A stretch of DNA of 64,000 bases from the NCBI GenBank assembly GCA_017935145.1, contig JAGBIE010000014.1:71047-135046 (forward strand). Reading direction: 5' to 3'. This DNA is from Oscillospiraceae bacterium (lineage in GTDB: Bacteria; Bacillota; Clostridia; Oscillospirales; Oscillospiraceae). Within the stretch, counting starts at the first letter, position 1; each line of letters opens with the position of its first letter. The notes below the pieces were generated by a model, which was not told where the DNA came from, searched no databases, and saw only the letters and a list, made by a program, of their open reading frames with translations. Of the stretch, positions 45,015-54,226 are shown piece after piece. The position numbers and the translations under genes are program-made.

Positions 45015-46615
45015 TGAAAAAAGTACTAGCCCTTCTTCTTGTATGTGTTTCTGTGTTCTCTCTCGTGGCCTGCCATGGTAAACGCCAAAACCCTGAGTTT
45101 GTGATGCCTGAGACATTTGATGCGGAAAAGCAACATGAAATTACATTTTGGGCAAAGAACGATACGAACGTTCATCAGGTTCAGGTGTATGAAAAAGCCA
45201 TAGAAGACTTTGAAGCCCTCTATCCCAATGTAAAAGTGCAACTACGGCTGTATACAGACTATGGTGTCATCTATAACGATGTCATCACCAATATTGCTAC
45301 AAACACAACACCGAATGTGTGCATCACATATCCGGACCATATTGCAACCTATATAACGGGTACGAATTGTGTTGTCCCCTTGGACGTGCTTATGAATGAC
45401 CCGTCTTATGGGCTTGGTGGTTCTGCACTTGCCTTTGACGGGCCTACCAAAGAGGAACTTGTACCGCAATTCTTGGAGGAGTGCAAAATAGGGGACACCT
45501 ACTTTGCGTTGCCCTTCATGCGTTCTACCGAAGCTTGCTATGTGAACGCAACCTATCTGGAGAAGCTGGGTTATACATTGCCTGAGGTTCTCACATGGGA
45601 TTTTGTGTGGGAAGTGTCGGAGGCGGCCGCAAAGAAAGATGAAGAAGGCACGTATCTTCTCAATGGGCAGAAGGTACTTCTGCCGTTCATCTATAAGTCT
45701 ACCGATAATATGATGATTCAGTATCTTCGCCAATGTGGCGCCGGATACTCTACAGACGCTGGCGATGTGGAGATTTTTAATGAAACTACAAATGCATTTC
45801 TTGCAGACATTGCAAAGCACGTAGAGGCAGGCGCATTTTCCACCTTTAAGATTGCTGGCTATCCAGCAAATTTCCTCAATGCTGGCCAGTGCGTTTTTGC
45901 AGTAGACTCCACGGCGGGTGCTACATGGATGGGCAGTGACGCACCACTCATTGACATTAGCGAAGATCGCCTTGTGGATTTTGAAATTGCAGTGTTGCCC
46001 ATACCTCAAATAGACCCTGAAAATCCCGTCATGATTTCTCAAGGTCCTTCCGTCTGTGTCTTCAACAAGGAAGACCCGCAAGAGGTTTTGGCATCGTGGC
46101 TCTTTACGCAGTTCCTTTTGACCAACGATGTGCAAATCGGCTATTCTTCCACGGAAGGCTATGCCCCTGTTACACTAAAGGCTCAGCAGGACGAAAAATA
46201 CACCACATACATCGCAAATCGTGGTGTGGATAATGATGAGCATTATTCCGTTAAGATTGATGCTACAAACCTGCTCACGAAATACACAGAGAACACCTTT
46301 GTGACACCTGTCTTTAATGGATCTACTTCTTTGCGTAATGCGGCAGGACAGATGATTGAGAATGTCACAAAATCTGTAAAGCGGAAACAGACTGTGGATG
46401 ATGCGTATCTAGAGAAACTCCAGCAAGAGGTGACGGCGCTTTACCGTCTGGATCAGCTGTCTGCAGGTTCAGTAGGGCAGGGAAGCCTTGGCAAGTTGCC
46501 TACGGAAGCTGTTGCTTTACTGGGTGTCCTTGGCGCAGTGTGGGTATTTCTTGCTTTGTATTTCGTGATAGGACAACTGCGCGCCAAACGCAGAAAAAAC
46601 GGCAAAAACTCTTGA
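45011..46615 (+). CDS. extracellular solute-binding lipoprotein (family 1) with an extra C-terminal TM helix
   Basis: ATGA overlap with the permease stop. Lipobox LVAC. Typical sugar-SBP length. C-terminal LLGVLGAVWVFLALYFVIG followed by a basic tail. Confidence 0.75.
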   Translation: MMKKVLALLLVCVSVFSLVACHGKRQNPEFVMPETFDAEKQHEITFWAKNDTNVHQVQVYEKAIEDFEALYPNVKVQLRLYTDYGVIYNDVITNIATNTTPNVCITYPDHIATYITGTNCVVPLDVLMNDPSYGLGGSALAFDGPTKEELVPQFLEECKIGDTYFALPFMRSTEACYVNATYLEKLGYTLPEVLTWDFVWEVSEAAAKKDEEGTYLLNGQKVLLPFIYKSTDNMMIQYLRQCGAGYSTDAGDVEIFNETTNAFLADIAKHVEAGAFSTFKIAGYPANFLNAGQCVFAVDSTAGATWMGSDAPLIDISEDRLVDFEIAVLPIPQIDPENPVMISQGPSVCVFNKEDPQEVLASWLFTQFLLTNDVQIGYSSTEGYAPVTLKAQQDEKYTTYIANRGVDNDEHYSVKIDATNLLTKYTENTFVTPVFNGSTSLRNAAGQMIENVTKSVKRKQTVDDAYLEKLQQEVTALYRLDQLSAGSVGQGSLGKLPTEAVALLGVLGAVWVFLALYFVIGQLRAKRRKNGKNS

Positions 46616-46691
46616 TTTTCTATTTTCGCCCGTGTATAATGATGACAATCATTTCTTTGGTATAAACCAAATTACAAAAAGGAGAATGATC

Positions 46692-47426
46692 ATGAAAAAA
46701 ATCGTTGCACTTATGCTGGCACTGGTTATGGTGTTTGCCCTGGTGGCTTGTGGCACCGAACCCAAGAAAGACATCCATGCAAAAGGCGAAGGCGTTATGA
46801 CTTATGCTCAGTATGAAGCTGCTGCCATGGACAGCGAAGTCGTGGTTGAAACCTTTGTGCAGGCTAAGCAGGGCTGGTGGGAAAAGGACGGCGTTGGCGT
46901 TGCTACCCTCTATACTCAGGATAAAGACGGCGCTTACTTCCTGTACAACATGCCTTGCTCCAAGGAAGACTATGACAAGATGGTCACTGGCACTAAGCTG
47001 AAGGTGACTGGCTTTAAGTCCACTTGGGATGGCGAAATCGAAATTATTGATGCTACTTACGAAATCCTGGAAGGTAACTATGTCGCAGAACCCATTGATG
47101 TGACTGATCTTCTGGGCAAGGCTGAACTGGAAAAGAAGATGAACATGTTCGCTTCTTTCAAGGGCTTGACCATTGAGGCTTCCAACGATGAAGGCGCTGC
47201 TTTCCTCTACAAGTGGAACGGCACTGGCCAGGATGGCGATGATCTGTATTTCAACGCTTCTCTGAATGGCGAAACCTACACTTTCTGCGTGGAATCCTAT
47301 CTGTGCGGCAAGGACACCGATGTCTACAAAGCTGTTAAGGCTTTGAAGGTTGGCGACAAGGTGGATATGGAAGGCTTCCTGTACTGGTACAACGGTGCAC
47401 AGCCCCACATCACTTCTGTAAAGTAA
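46692..47426 (+). CDS. hypothetical lipoprotein
   Basis: MKKIVALMLALVMVFALVAC lipobox after an AAGGAGA RBS. No recognisable domain. Confidence 0.65.
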   Translation: MKKIVALMLALVMVFALVACGTEPKKDIHAKGEGVMTYAQYEAAAMDSEVVVETFVQAKQGWWEKDGVGVATLYTQDKDGAYFLYNMPCSKEDYDKMVTGTKLKVTGFKSTWDGEIEIIDATYEILEGNYVAEPIDVTDLLGKAELEKKMNMFASFKGLTIEASNDEGAAFLYKWNGTGQDGDDLYFNASLNGETYTFCVESYLCGKDTDVYKAVKALKVGDKVDMEGFLYWYNGAQPHITSVK

Positions 47427-47437
47427 GAAAAACTTTT

Positions 47438-47473
47438 ACCCCCTTGGAGATATCTCCGAGGGGGTTATTTTTT
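47438..47473 (+). terminator. intrinsic terminator
   Basis: ACCCCCTTGGAGA / TCTCCGAGGGGGT stem followed by a T-tract. Confidence 0.85.
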
Positions 47474-47601
47474 CATCTATGTCGATATGGTGCATTATCG
47501 ACAAAAATCTCTTGCAAAGAAAGCGGAAATTTGGTATACTAAATCAAAGTGTGCACATTTTGGTGTGTACGATACTTTAATTCTGGGTGGAGGTTTCTGG
47601 C

Positions 47602-49548
47602 ATGAAGCGTTTGAATGTCAAATGGCTGCTGGTTGGATATGATTTTATCATTCTAACTGCGGTGCATATGCTTCTCATGTTTTTCTATGAAAGCGCAAAC
47701 CCTATTACCCGCAATGAACTCATTATTCAAATTGCCACCGCTTCGGTTTGTATTTTTTCGGCCCGTTTTGTGGGTGGCATTTATCGTCAGATTTGGCGAT
47801 ATGGTGGCGTACAGTGCTACATCCGCCTCGCGGTTGCTGACGGCTGTGGTTTCTTACTGAACTATACACTGCATCGTCTTATGCCGTTTCAGCAAGTCTT
47901 GGGATCTTTTTTGCTGGCAATTGCCTGCATGAATCTTTTGGCTTGCCTCATTATGCGCATGATGTATCGCTACGCTTATAAGGGTGCCAATAAGAAGAAT
48001 CAAAAAGGACGCTTTCTCAATAAGCTTCTGTGGGTTTTCTCTGGCTTTACCCTGCAAAGTGAAGCACGGGAAGAAACAAATAAAGTTAGAATTGCCATCG
48101 TTGGCGCAGGTCGCGTTGGCGTAACTTTGGCAGAAGAACTGCTCAACAATAGTGCCGCGGCATATGTGCCGTGTTGCTTTGTGGATATTAAGAGCGAAAA
48201 AGCGGGCAGGGAAGTCCATGGCATACCTGTCTTCTTGGAAAACGAGGATGTTTTTGAGCATTTGCGTGAACATGGTGTACAAGAAATTGTATTTGCATTG
48301 CCCAATCTGCCAAACGGCAAGCGAAAAGAACTCTTTGAGTCCTATCTGAACGAAGGTTACCGCATTAAAGCATATGACTATCCTGTCATGCAAACTGCGG
48401 ATGGAAAACGTCAGCTCAGAGAATTTGATGTTGAAGAACTCCTGTTCCGTGAACCGGTGAAAATGGCTGACGCTAAGACAGAGGCCTATTACCGCGATAA
48501 AACTATCTTAATTACTGGTGGTGGCGGATCCATTGGCTCTGAACTTTGCCGTCAGCTGGCAAAGATGCAACCTCGCAAGATTGTGCTTGTAGATATCTAC
48601 GAAAATGGTGCGTATGATGTCCAACAGGAATTGCGCATGTTTTACGGGGACACACTGGATCTGCAGGTGGAAATTGCCTCCATCACCAACCGCCGAGCCA
48701 TGGAACGCGTTATGAAAGCTCATACACCGCAAATTGTCATTAATGCGGCAGCGCATAAGCACGTTCCCCTTATGGAGAATAACTGCATCGAAGCAGTTGA
48801 AAACAATGTCTTTGGCACAGCTGTTCTGGTGGACCTGTGTGAAGAGTATGGCGTGGAACGCTTTATGATGGTTTCCACAGATAAGGCTGTGAATCCCACC
48901 AATGTTATGGGTGCCACAAAGCGCATGTGTGAGATGATCGTGCAGAGCGCCAGCACCAGTGGCAAGGTTAAATACAGCGCAACTCGCTTTGGCAATGTTC
49001 TTGGTTCAGCTGGATCGGTCATTCCTCTGTTCAAGAAGCAGATTGCCAACGGTGGTCCCGTGACAATTACTGATAAGCGGATTATTCGATATTTTATGAC
49101 CATCCCTGAGGCGGCACAGTTAGTACTTCAGTCCGGTGCTATGGCAAACAATGGCGAACTTTTTGTTTTAGATATGGGACAGCCTGTGAAGATTTTGGAC
49201 TTAGCTATTAGCATGATTCAACTGGCGGGTGTTCCTGGTATTGAAATTGTGGAGACTGGTCTTCGTCCCGGTGAAAAGCTCTATGAAGAGCTACTTGTTA
49301 AGACAGAAGAACTGGATAAGACTGAAAATGCAATGATCTTTATCGAGCGCGATACTGCGTGCAGCCAAAAAGAAATTGCTGAGAAACTTGCCCTTTTGCG
49401 CGATGCGTGTCGCACGGAGGACGATAAGCTTGTGCGTGAGACGCTGAAAAAGGTTGTGCCAACATTCCGAGCCCCTGAAATCGTCAATGGTTCTGCGAAT
49501 GAAGATTTGGCGACAAACCGTGATGAGGATGTTGCTGTTGCAACCTAG
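47602..49548 (+). CDS. capD: membrane-bound polysaccharide biosynthesis protein, CapD/PglF/WbpM-type NDP-sugar 4,6-dehydratase
   Basis: N-terminal TM bundle. ILITGGGGSIGSEL Rossmann motif. MVSTDKAVNPTNVMGATKR. Confidence 0.85.
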   Translation: MKRLNVKWLLVGYDFIILTAVHMLLMFFYESANPITRNELIIQIATASVCIFSARFVGGIYRQIWRYGGVQCYIRLAVADGCGFLLNYTLHRLMPFQQVLGSFLLAIACMNLLACLIMRMMYRYAYKGANKKNQKGRFLNKLLWVFSGFTLQSEAREETNKVRIAIVGAGRVGVTLAEELLNNSAAAYVPCCFVDIKSEKAGREVHGIPVFLENEDVFEHLREHGVQEIVFALPNLPNGKRKELFESYLNEGYRIKAYDYPVMQTADGKRQLREFDVEELLFREPVKMADAKTEAYYRDKTILITGGGGSIGSELCRQLAKMQPRKIVLVDIYENGAYDVQQELRMFYGDTLDLQVEIASITNRRAMERVMKAHTPQIVINAAAHKHVPLMENNCIEAVENNVFGTAVLVDLCEEYGVERFMMVSTDKAVNPTNVMGATKRMCEMIVQSASTSGKVKYSATRFGNVLGSAGSVIPLFKKQIANGGPVTITDKRIIRYFMTIPEAAQLVLQSGAMANNGELFVLDMGQPVKILDLAISMIQLAGVPGIEIVETGLRPGEKLYEELLVKTEELDKTENAMIFIERDTACSQKEIAEKLALLRDACRTEDDKLVRETLKKVVPTFRAPEIVNGSANEDLATNRDEDVAVAT

Positions 49549-49588
49549 TAGCTCGCTAACACTATACGTGAGCGTGAATTACATAGAT

Positions 49589-49631
49589 AAGCTTGCTGCC
49601 AACTAAATGTGGGCAGCAAGCTTACGTTTTT
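49589..49631 (+). terminator. intrinsic terminator
   Basis: 12-bp stem AAGCTTGCTGCC / GGCAGCAAGCTT followed by TTTTTT. Confidence 0.8.
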
Positions 49632-49915
49632 TACAAATTTTTTAATGTGTAAATTGCCGTATGTTATGTGATTCCTTGCAAAAAACGCATAATTTTTAAA
49701 AAAATTTACAATTATTTTTTTGGCTTAAAATGGCAAAACGCCAAATAGCTAGGAATTCCTTAAAAAATTGATATATATTTATAAGGATATATATCTATAT
49801 AGACGGATTGCCAAACGTATGGTAAATCTTGTACAATAAGTTGAATTAATGTATAGGTGGGGTTCTGTCTTTTGTAGAAAAGCCCTACAAGGAATACACG
49901 TTGTGAGGGAATAGC
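49632..49915 (+). promoter_or_regulatory. AT-rich intergenic control region with a candidate promoter
   Basis: By my own per-line count, about 20-35% G+C, against roughly half in the flanking genes. TTGCCA (49808-49813), 18 nt, TACAAT (49832-49837). Direct GATATATAT repeats lie near 49770-49795. Confidence 0.45.
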
Positions 49916-51508
49916 ATGAACGAACAAAACACGGAAAGAAGAGAAGTTGAAATTGATCTTCAGAGAATTTTCAAAGCGGTGTTACACCGGCTTTGGCTTT
50001 TGCTGCTTGTAGCGGTTTTTTGTGCAGTTGCAGCTTTCTTCTATACCAAGTCTACTGTTGTGCCCATGTATCAGTCCTCTGCGCTGTTCTATGTTAATAA
50101 CTCAGTGTTTGGTCAATCCGTTAGTATCAGCTATGCGGACCTGACTGCATCTAAGGGCTTGGTTGGTTCTTACATTGTAATTTTGAAGAGCCGTCCCACG
50201 TTGGAAGAAATTGCTGACTATGCCGATTCTCCCAGAAGTTCTGCTGAGTTGCGTGGCATGCTTTCTGCTTCTTCTGTGGATGATACAGAAATTTTCCGTG
50301 TCACTGTAACAAGTCAAGATCCTCAGGAAGCTGCCGATCTCGCAAATGCTGCGGCAGTGATACTACCCAAAAGGATCTCTAGTGTGATTGATGGCACATC
50401 CGCTAAGGTGATTGAAACGGCAGTGCCTGCTGGTAGTCCAAGTAATAACGACAGTTATACCACCAACGTGCTTCTAGCGTTCATGCTGGGCTTTGTGTTT
50501 GTAGCTGCAATTATTGCCATTCGCGAGATTTTTGATACAACCATTCGCACAGCAGAAGATATTAAGCAGGTCTGTGATCTGCCCATTCTTTCCGAAGTTC
50601 CTGATATTGGCAGTAGTGGCAAAGAAAATAGATACTATTATGATCGCGCTTATGCACCTCAGAAACAGCAGGAAAAGCCTCATGGCGCTGAAAAAGGGAA
50701 GATTGTACATGGTGTCATTGGTGATGACACGCCCTTTGTTGTATCTGAAGCTTACAAACTGCTTCGCACCAAGGTAGAATTCTCCTTTGCTGATGGTAAA
50801 AACAGCCATGTAATTGGCGTGTCTAGTGCTCTCTCCGGCGAAGGCAAGTCTGTTTCCTCGATTAACCTTGCTTATGCGCTGGCGCAGATGGACAAACGTG
50901 TTCTTTTGGTAGAATGTGACCTTCGCCGTCCGTCTATCTCCATGAAACTTGGACTTAATCGTATTCCTGGTCTTACCAACCTTCTGTCTCAGAAGATTAC
51001 CGCCAAGGAAATTGTGCAGGTCTGCGAACAGAAGAATGGTAATCCCATTCACGTGGTCACAGCTGGTCGTATTCCTCCCAACCCCATTGAACTTCTTGGT
51101 TCTGCAAAGATGAGTGAAATCTTGGATTCCTTCAAAGAATCTTACGATTACATCATCTTGGACCTGCCTCCTGTGCTGGAGGTCAGTGATGCATTGGTTA
51201 CTGCTAAGTTCGTGGATGGCATGCTGTTGGTTGTTCGCGAGAACTATTGCGACCGTACTGGTCTTTCTGCGACCATTCGCCAGTTCCAGTTTGTTGGCGC
51301 ACACCTCCTTGGCGTGCTGGTTAACTGCACTATAGATGATTTGAGAAGATATCCCAAGAGTTACGATGGTCACTACGGTCGTCATAAGTATGCAGGTGCC
51401 TACGCTAGTCGCAGTCGCGCATACCGCCGTTCCTATCGCAAGTATTCACAACCGCAGGAAGTAGAAATGGCGGAAGCAGAGGCCGAAAAGGAACAGGGTA
51501 AAAAGTGA
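49916..51508 (+). CDS. fused Wzz/CpsC chain-length-determinant domain plus BY-kinase (CpsD/CapB-like) tyrosine autokinase
   Basis: Two TM helices flank a periplasm-like domain. Walker A SGEGKS, A' LLVECDLRRP, B YDYIILDLPP. Tyr-rich tail YPKSYDGHYGRHKYAGAYASRSRAYRRSYRKY. Confidence 0.85.
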   Translation: MNEQNTERREVEIDLQRIFKAVLHRLWLLLLVAVFCAVAAFFYTKSTVVPMYQSSALFYVNNSVFGQSVSISYADLTASKGLVGSYIVILKSRPTLEEIADYADSPRSSAELRGMLSASSVDDTEIFRVTVTSQDPQEAADLANAAAVILPKRISSVIDGTSAKVIETAVPAGSPSNNDSYTTNVLLAFMLGFVFVAAIIAIREIFDTTIRTAEDIKQVCDLPILSEVPDIGSSGKENRYYYDRAYAPQKQQEKPHGAEKGKIVHGVIGDDTPFVVSEAYKLLRTKVEFSFADGKNSHVIGVSSALSGEGKSVSSINLAYALAQMDKRVLLVECDLRRPSISMKLGLNRIPGLTNLLSQKITAKEIVQVCEQKNGNPIHVVTAGRIPPNPIELLGSAKMSEILDSFKESYDYIILDLPPVLEVSDALVTAKFVDGMLLVVRENYCDRTGLSATIRQFQFVGAHLLGVLVNCTIDDLRRYPKSYDGHYGRHKYAGAYASRSRAYRRSYRKYSQPQEVEMAEAEAEKEQGKK

Positions 51509-52224
51509 AATACACCGGTCTAACTGATGTACATTGTCATGTGCTTCCCAACATGGACGATGGAAGTCGTAGTGTGGAAGAATCGATTGGCATATTGAAG
51601 ACAGAAACGGCTCAGGGGATAACCCGCGTGATTGCAACCCCTCATTTCTATGCCGATCGTGATACTCTGCAGTGCTTCATAGCACGGCGACACGAAGCAG
51701 AGCTCGTTCTTAGACAGGAGATGACGCTCCACTCTGATATGCCGGAGCTATTTCTTGGGGCAGAGGTTCTGTTCTTCCATGGCATAAGCAATTGGGAAGG
51801 ATTGGAAGAACTCACATTAAATAAAAGTGGCTATCTACTTTTGGAAATGCCCTTTGTTGAGTGGACCGATGTGTTGCTGGATGAAGTGGAAGAGATTTCT
51901 GTAAAACACGGAATCACCCCCGTTCTTGCCCATGTGGAACGCTATTTGTACCTATTCAATGCCAAACGCGTTTTAGACGATTTGCGCCGGCGTTCTATTA
52001 TGATTCAGTGTAACGCGGATTTCTTCCTTCAGCGAAACACCGCTCGCACAGCACTGAAATATCTACGCGAAAACAGAATACATTTTATGGGCAGTGATTC
52101 CCATAATATGGGACGTCGCAAACCTAACATAGGAGATGCGACAGAGATTATCCTCGCCAAGCAGGGGAGTGCCCCGCTGGAGCGCCTGTCACAAATGGCG
52201 GAGTTCCTGTTTGACGAACAATAA
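51505..52224 (+). CDS. cpsB: PHP-family protein-tyrosine phosphatase (CpsB/CapC-like)
   Basis: GTGA overlap with the kinase stop. DVHCHVLPNMDDGS, ATPHF and SDSHN motifs. Confidence 0.85.
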   Translation: MKYTGLTDVHCHVLPNMDDGSRSVEESIGILKTETAQGITRVIATPHFYADRDTLQCFIARRHEAELVLRQEMTLHSDMPELFLGAEVLFFHGISNWEGLEELTLNKSGYLLLEMPFVEWTDVLLDEVEEISVKHGITPVLAHVERYLYLFNAKRVLDDLRRRSIMIQCNADFFLQRNTARTALKYLRENRIHFMGSDSHNMGRRKPNIGDATEIILAKQGSAPLERLSQMAEFLFDEQ

Positions 52225-52289
52225 CCCAGTTATATTTTCCCTTCGGGGATGTATATAAGCATAATGAAAAAATGGAGTTGAATGTTGCA

Positions 52290-53030
52290 ATGAAAAAAGT
52301 AGTCACAATTCTTGTCGTGCTGCTGTTGTGCATTTCCCTCATGGCTCCGGCATTTGCCGCCGGTGAGGATTTTGTGCGCAGCATCTCTTACAAGGATGGT
52401 CCTCAGACGGTACCTGTTACAACTGTGGATAACAAAGTTGTAGTTGCCGTCTTGGTGAAATCGGGTGAAGATGACGTGCCTGTTTATAAGGACCAGTTGG
52501 TCATCACCCCCATCTCTGCCGTGGATGAAGCAACGAAAGTGCCCGCAGAAGTTATCGATACTCTGAAAAAAGCGTATGATGGCTTGAACAAGGGAACTAC
52601 AAAGCTTCCTTTTGAAGAATACGGCAACGATGCCCCCAAGTCGCCTGTAGTTCGCGATATCTTTGATGCTACTTTGATCCACGATGATCACGTTAAATAC
52701 TTAGCAAACGAAGATGTCCATATTGAATTGACCTTCCGCCTTGGCGTGGATGCTGATGTACAGGTCTATGCCATGTCTTACCTCGATGGCCAGTGGGATC
52801 CCGCAAAGGATACTGTTAACAATGGTGATGGTACTGTAACCATTTCCCTTGATCACCTTTGCCCCATTGTTTTTGCTGTGGAAGCAGAGGATCTGCATGC
52901 ATCCCAGTTGCCCGAGAAGAAGGAAGACAGCAACCTGATGCTGTGGGTCATCCTTTTGGTGATCTGCGCTGTGTGCATTGTTGTTCTTTCTATTGTTGCC
53001 TCTAAGAAGAAAAAGAAGAAAGCTGAATAA
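52290..53030 (+). CDS. hypothetical secreted protein with C-terminal TM anchor and poly-Lys tail
   Basis: Signal peptide MKKVVTILVVLLLCISLMAPAFA. C-terminal LMLWVILLVICAVCIVVLSIVA followed by SKKKKKKAE. An alternative ATG lies at 52272. Confidence 0.6.
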   Translation: MKKVVTILVVLLLCISLMAPAFAAGEDFVRSISYKDGPQTVPVTTVDNKVVVAVLVKSGEDDVPVYKDQLVITPISAVDEATKVPAEVIDTLKKAYDGLNKGTTKLPFEEYGNDAPKSPVVRDIFDATLIHDDHVKYLANEDVHIELTFRLGVDADVQVYAMSYLDGQWDPAKDTVNNGDGTVTISLDHLCPIVFAVEAEDLHASQLPEKKEDSNLMLWVILLVICAVCIVVLSIVASKKKKKKAE

Positions 53031-53056
53031 GACATTTGAATGGATTGGATTGAATC

Positions 53057-54040
53057 ATGAAGATTAGAATTCCGCGCCGTGGCTTTTTGCTAATGTGCGC
53101 TGTACTGATTCTTCTGGTGGTCATGGTCCTCTGTGTGGCACAGATTTTGAAAAGTGTAACCCCAGGTGGCGTGGCACCAGAAACTGATTATGCATCCAAA
53201 ACCATTATTCGTGACGGCGTTCCTTATTTTCCTCGGCAGGATATCACAGTTATGCTAGTCATTGGCATTGACCGCTTTGGTGCAATGCAGGGGAGTGAAT
53301 ACTCCTCCAATAAAGGTGACGCAGACATGGTATCACTTTTGGTTTTTGACGAGCAGGATAAAACCATTGATATTTTGGCACTGAACCGTGATACCATGGT
53401 GAAAATGCCTGTTTTGGGTTTGGGAGGAAAACCTGCTGGTTCGCGCTATGCACAGCTGACCTTGTCGCATACCTATGGTAGTGGCCTGCATGACAGCTGT
53501 GAAAATGTGCGAAAAACGGTTTCGGACCTGTTTAATGGTTTGCGGATTGATTATTATCTTTCCATGAACATGGACGCTATTTCTCGCCTTAATGACGCAG
53601 TTGGCGGTGTAACTGTTCATGTTACGGAAGACCTCTCCTCCGTAGATCCTACAATTTCCATGGGCGAACAGACACTCAACGGCACACAGGCTGTGAATTA
53701 TGTGCGCGCTCGTAAGGAAGTAGGCAACCAGCTTAATACATCCCGCATGGAACGTCAGAGTAAATATATGAAAGGTTTTCTGAATGCTGTGTGGTCAACC
53801 TTGGATGAAAGCGAAACTTTTATCTATTCGGTTTATGAAGATGTAGATGATTACATCGTGACGGACTGCACACTGGCATCTCTCAGTTCCTTACTTACTC
53901 GCTATCGGGAATATACCCTTAACGATGTTATTACGCTCAAGGGTGAAAATGTCCTGAACGATTCCTATATGGAGTTCCATCTTGATAAAGAAGCGTTAGA
54001 TCAACTAATGCTCGAACTCTTCTATAGCGAAAAATCTTAA
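53057..54040 (+). CDS. LCP (LytR-CpsA-Psr) family glycopolymer ligase
   Basis: N-terminal TM helix. MLVIGIDR...GDADMVSLLVFDEQDKTIDILALNRDT...IDYYLSMNMDAISRLNDAVGGVTV. Confidence 0.85.
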   Translation: MKIRIPRRGFLLMCAVLILLVVMVLCVAQILKSVTPGGVAPETDYASKTIIRDGVPYFPRQDITVMLVIGIDRFGAMQGSEYSSNKGDADMVSLLVFDEQDKTIDILALNRDTMVKMPVLGLGGKPAGSRYAQLTLSHTYGSGLHDSCENVRKTVSDLFNGLRIDYYLSMNMDAISRLNDAVGGVTVHVTEDLSSVDPTISMGEQTLNGTQAVNYVRARKEVGNQLNTSRMERQSKYMKGFLNAVWSTLDESETFIYSVYEDVDDYIVTDCTLASLSSLLTRYREYTLNDVITLKGENVLNDSYMEFHLDKEALDQLMLELFYSEKS

Positions 54041-54226
54041 AACTTCACTCCAAAATATATATTTAGACTTTGGGCGCCCAAAGTCATGCTCTGCTTGAAA
54101 CAGAGCATGATAGTTGCCTGTCCCCGCCAGCATCCGCAGAAATGCGGGCAGGGGAGAACAACTCCCGCACTAACGGTTTCGACCGAAACGATAGCAAAGA
54201 ATTTCTTTGAGAAAGGGTGTATCCTC
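54041..54226 (+). promoter_or_regulatory. highly structured 186-nt spacer/leader upstream of the giant gene
   Basis: 20-nt perfect palindrome 54066-54085. 9-bp hairpin 54085-54109. GAAA-tetraloop hairpin within 54121-54155, with competing GGGAG/CTCCC pairing at 54152-54166. Hairpin 54076..54089-like GTTTC/GAAAC at 54176-54189. None is followed by a T-tract. Confidence 0.5.

Noticed and set aside
46620-47408. 262-aa minus-strand ORF opposite the lipoprotein gene; also 45242..46135 opposite the SBP and 50474..51385 opposite the kinase
   Set aside because: Shadow ORFs. The sense strands carry lipobox signals, Walker motifs and proper RBSs.
54086-54226. ORF-track N-terminal extension of the giant protein (MLCLKQSMIVACPRQ...)
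   Set aside because: The ATG at 54086 sits inside a 9-bp hairpin and has no RBS. The 47 extra residues precede, rather than form, the signal peptide. TTG 54227 with the upstream GAAAGGG is a better start. The start remains unverified.
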